Of a stretch of DNA of 64,000 nucleotides, positions 61,066 to 64,000 are shown piece by piece (position 1 is the first letter of the stretch; the number at the start of each line of letters is the position of its first letter). The notes under the pieces are model-generated. The model ran no database searches and was not told the origin of the DNA. It saw only the letters and a list, made by a program, of their open reading frames with translations. Both the position numbers and the translations under genes were made by a program. The stretch is taken from assembly GCA_017464565.1 (NCBI GenBank), contig JAFTZH010000029.1, positions 9,767 to 73,766 on the forward strand. The letters are read 5' to 3'. The stretch is from Clostridia bacterium. GTDB taxonomy: Bacteria; Bacillota; Clostridia; Oscillospirales; CAG-272.

Positions 61066-62112
61066 TCAGAGGTTTCTTGTGTAGAAAGTAGTCCTGCCCT
61101 TTCCGTGTTTTTCAACAATGCCGTTGCGCACTAATTTTTTAAGTGAGCTTTCCACAGAACTTGCGCTTATGGAAGGACACAAAGAGGCGATATCTGCTTT
61201 TTTAAATTTACCAATCCTTGTTTCAACAGCTTTTACAACTATATTCATAGCGGAATCTTTATCGCTTACAATCTCCATTCGCTCTTCAAAATCACGATAT
61301 GCGGAAATAATTGTACCAAGCAAATACTTAACGAAGGGAGTGGGAGCATCGTTACCCTCGTGCCACTCTGCTTGCGATAACTCCAAGGTATCGTAATAAA
61401 GATTTTTATTCTTTGCGATTTTTGCTTCCAAAGAGATATATTTGCCGACCATATATCCGCTACGGTACAAGAGAAGCGTTGTGAGCAGTCGGCTCATTCT
61501 TCCATTTCCGTCAAGGAAGGGGTGAATGCAAAGAAAATCATGAATAAAGATTGGAATGAGAATAAGTGGATCAACCTCGCATTCCGCAATAGCACGGTTA
61601 AACTCGTCACAAAGCTCCGATATCATATCGAGTGTTTCATACGGCGCAGGCGGTGTAAACAGGGTAAACTGCTTTCCTTCACTATCTGTAGCGCTGATAT
61701 AATTCTGCACGTTTTTGAATTTTCCACCAATGTCTTTTACCGAGTGACTATATAAAATTTTATGCAACTGTAAAAGATAATTCGGTGTCAAAGGAATATA
61801 TTCAAAGCTTTCATGAATAACGGCAAGCGCATCACGATATCCGGCGATTTCTTGCTCGTCACGATTTTTTGGTGTTGTTTTTTCCGATATGAGCTGCTTT
61901 AGACGAGTGTTAGTCGTGCGGATTCCTTCAATCTCGTTGGAACTTTCGGTACTTTGTACCTTTGCGATTTCCACAAGCTTATCAAGGGTTTCGGGTTTTT
62001 GCCTAAGATAAAGCACTTGCTTGCCCTTCATCTCGTGAATGATGGCAACGTATCCCATCATTTCGGAATCCCACTTCATATTTTTTAATGCAGTATAATT
62101 AAATTTTCTCAT
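61066..62112 (-). CDS. Fic-domain protein, class II, with a C-terminal winged-helix domain
   Basis: HPFLDGNGRMSR; N-terminal SNEIEG inhibitory motif; C-terminal L..LV..GIVEK.G.GR.T.Y. Confidence 0.9.
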   Translation of the reverse strand: MRKFNYTALKNMKWDSEMMGYVAIIHEMKGKQVLYLRQKPETLDKLVEIAKVQSTESSNEIEGIRTTNTRLKQLISEKTTPKNRDEQEIAGYRDALAVIHESFEYIPLTPNYLLQLHKILYSHSVKDIGGKFKNVQNYISATDSEGKQFTLFTPPAPYETLDMISELCDEFNRAIAECEVDPLILIPIFIHDFLCIHPFLDGNGRMSRLLTTLLLYRSGYMVGKYISLEAKIAKNKNLYYDTLELSQAEWHEGNDAPTPFVKYLLGTIISAYRDFEERMEIVSDKDSAMNIVVKAVETRIGKFKKADIASLCPSISASSVESSLKKLVRNGIVEKHGKGRTTFYTRNL

Positions 62113-62427
62113 ATAAGCTCCTAACGAATCGACTTTTCTCGTAAATTATATCATGTTTTGCGAGATTAGTCAATATATTATGAGATGAAATTTAAGTTTT
62201 CTCGTAAATATTGTGTGTTTTTGTGAGAATTTTATTCAAGATAGGAGCTTTAGAAGCGTTTGAGTCTATCTGCGTTTGGGTGTACAATTTGTGGACAAAG
62301 TCACTTCGTTCTTGCAATATCCTATAAAATTATATCACAAAAGACAATTGTATCAATGTGTTTTAATTTTTATTACTACAGAAAGCAGAAAAACATAGCA
62401 ATAAAATTGTCATCAACACAATCCTAC

Positions 62428-63471
62428 TTAATTGCTTTGTTGTGTGTTTTCAAGATTAATTATTATGCTTTCACTACCAAAACGCTCACCATCATTTATA
62501 ACTAATTTTAAATCATTCACATAAACATCTTTTCCTATTTCAAAAAACAAATCATATTCTTTTGTGATTGTAGCACCTTGATTTATATCGTAATAGCCAT
62601 TTTGATATCGCTTAGCTATGTCTACTTGATGAATTTTAACATTATCTTTTAACAACCATACGTCTGTTCCATTTGAAGTAAATGTTTCCGAGCTTCCATT
62701 ATATACACGAAGTTTAATAATAAGAAATTGATTATCAGTAGTAAAGTGATATAATGTACCTTTGATTTCTGTTGTTTTCTCGAAGTCTAAAACTTTAAAT
62801 TCTATACCATTACTCCATCGTCCTGTTTCATTCATTTTAATTTCTTTTTCATTTACCGACTGCTCGATTTTAGTAATTGCATTAGAGCCATCTCGATTGT
62901 ATAGATAATACTCTTTTCCTACAGAAAAAATACTCCAAGAGATACAAAGAGTATATTGTTTATTATCTTCAAGTTTATGGGGTACATAGAATTCAATATC
63001 ATAAGTCTTTGTTGCGCCTGCTATAATATCATCTCCAAAATCAAATATAAAGCCACTACTTCCAGAAAACGCATGAACATCGTATAGTTCTTCTGTATCC
63101 ATAGCCTTTAAATAAAAGTCAGAAGAAGATATTTCAAAATCTTGTTTCGAATTATTCTTACAGGTCAAATTAACTGTTAATTTCACCAAGCCTTGATAAT
63201 CTACATTTGTCCCTTCATACAACTGACCTGTAATGTTGTTTACTATAATATCGATGTTATCGCAACTTAAAGTTTCACCGATATAAACGGGAGTATCTAC
63301 TTCTTCATCTTTCCTATTTTCACTGTTTCCTATAATGCTAGTAATGCTAGACACCATAATTACTGCAAGTGATACGAAAATAACAATAAAAATTATTATT
63401 GCTTTGGGCGTTAAAGGCTTTTGGCTTTGATTATAATTTTGATTATAATTCTGATTGTAATTGTAGTTCAT
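62428..63471 (-). CDS. Membrane-anchored protein with two DUF4352-like domains and N-terminal NYNQ repeats
   Basis: NYNQ repeats, single TM, repeated N.S...F...AGAT....I.F domain; AT-rich; RBS GGAGG. Confidence 0.7.
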   Translation of the reverse strand: MNYNYNQNYNQNYNQSQKPLTPKAIIIFIVIFVSLAVIMVSSITSIIGNSENRKDEEVDTPVYIGETLSCDNIDIIVNNITGQLYEGTNVDYQGLVKLTVNLTCKNNSKQDFEISSSDFYLKAMDTEELYDVHAFSGSSGFIFDFGDDIIAGATKTYDIEFYVPHKLEDNKQYTLCISWSIFSVGKEYYLYNRDGSNAITKIEQSVNEKEIKMNETGRWSNGIEFKVLDFEKTTEIKGTLYHFTTDNQFLIIKLRVYNGSSETFTSNGTDVWLLKDNVKIHQVDIAKRYQNGYYDINQGATITKEYDLFFEIGKDVYVNDLKLVINDGERFGSESIIINLENTQQSN

Positions 63472-63484
63472 TTTCTCCTCCAAA

Positions 63485-63739
63485 AATAAAAAAGTGCGTC
63501 AACCGAAGTCAACGCACCGAAAAACGCAAACCCCGATTGTCGCCAAACAAATCGAATATAGAAATAGGGATAAAAAATCCTTCGTATTCTAATCCTTGGA
63601 ATTTGCGCTTTTACCAAATTCATTTAGATTAAAATACGCAGAAAAAAGGTATAGTATCCCTAAAAGAAAAAATACCCCCTACTTTATTATTCGATTTGTT
63701 TGGCATAATTACTATATCACACTAACTTACCTTTGTCAA
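63485..63739 (-). promoter_or_regulatory. Promoter plus long structured leader ending in a terminator
   Basis: TTGACA-17-TATAGT (63739-63711); 17-bp IR 63542-63558/63688-63704; UUCG-loop hairpin with U-tract at 63485-63517. Confidence 0.65.
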
Positions 63740-63780
63740 GCGAAATCATAAAAAATAGCAAACATTATAAAACTCAATTT

Positions 63781-64000
63781 TAGGGAACAGGATAAAAGGT
63801 GGGGCTAAATTGCCGTCACTAACAGCAAATTAACCCCACTTCGAGAGTTTCGCGAAGTGGGAACCCCACCTTGCGAGAAATGCAGTTTCAAAACTTGAAA
63901 AACATTAAATTTTCGAAAGCAATTTTTTTCGGGTGTACAAGGGGTGTACGCTCCCATTTACCTATTCACTCTTCACTATTACCTATTGCTTCAAATTCCG
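63781..64000. repeat. Repeat A copy 2 (63781-63880) and repeat B copy 2 (63931-64000)
   Basis: Direct similarity to 59896-59992 and 60723-60789. Confidence 0.75.

Overview
Chromosomal DNA of a low/medium-GC Gram-positive bacterium, most likely an uncultured Clostridia (Oscillospirales-like) gut organism, judged from recA-recX, rplK-rplA-nusG-secE-rpmG, trmK-nif3-rlmD, sigma-A promoters and lipoprotein signal peptides. From left to right: (1) a >1000-aa secreted surface protein on the minus strand that the ORF track misses because it runs off the edge; (2) an rfbH-aldolase-HAD-ThDP enzyme cluster for an unusual sugar; (3) recA-recX, an internally deleted wecB remnant, a phosphohexomutase, two nucleoside hydrolases and a two-component module; (4) a ~26-kb glycan-foraging region (18.9-45.1 kb) with orphan solute-binding lipoproteins, three AraC regulators, a sialidase-fold enzyme, CBM-like secreted proteins with a GGCxSS C-terminal anchor, four tailspike-like beta-helix proteins, an unannotated 42-aa peptide, aldolase/AraD, a GH2 beta-galactosidase and a sugar kinase; (5) housekeeping genes; (6) an AT-rich accessory tail (59.9-64 kb) built around a 3' fragment of tRNA-Arg(CCT), with repeated arm-like and hairpin motifs, two Fic genes and a DUF4352-like gene, which looks like a tandem array of integrase-less mini-elements. 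A family of covarying palindromic intergenic repeats occurs six times. No CRISPR array, rRNA, intact tRNA, integrase or transposase was seen. All calls are by eye; no database searches were run.
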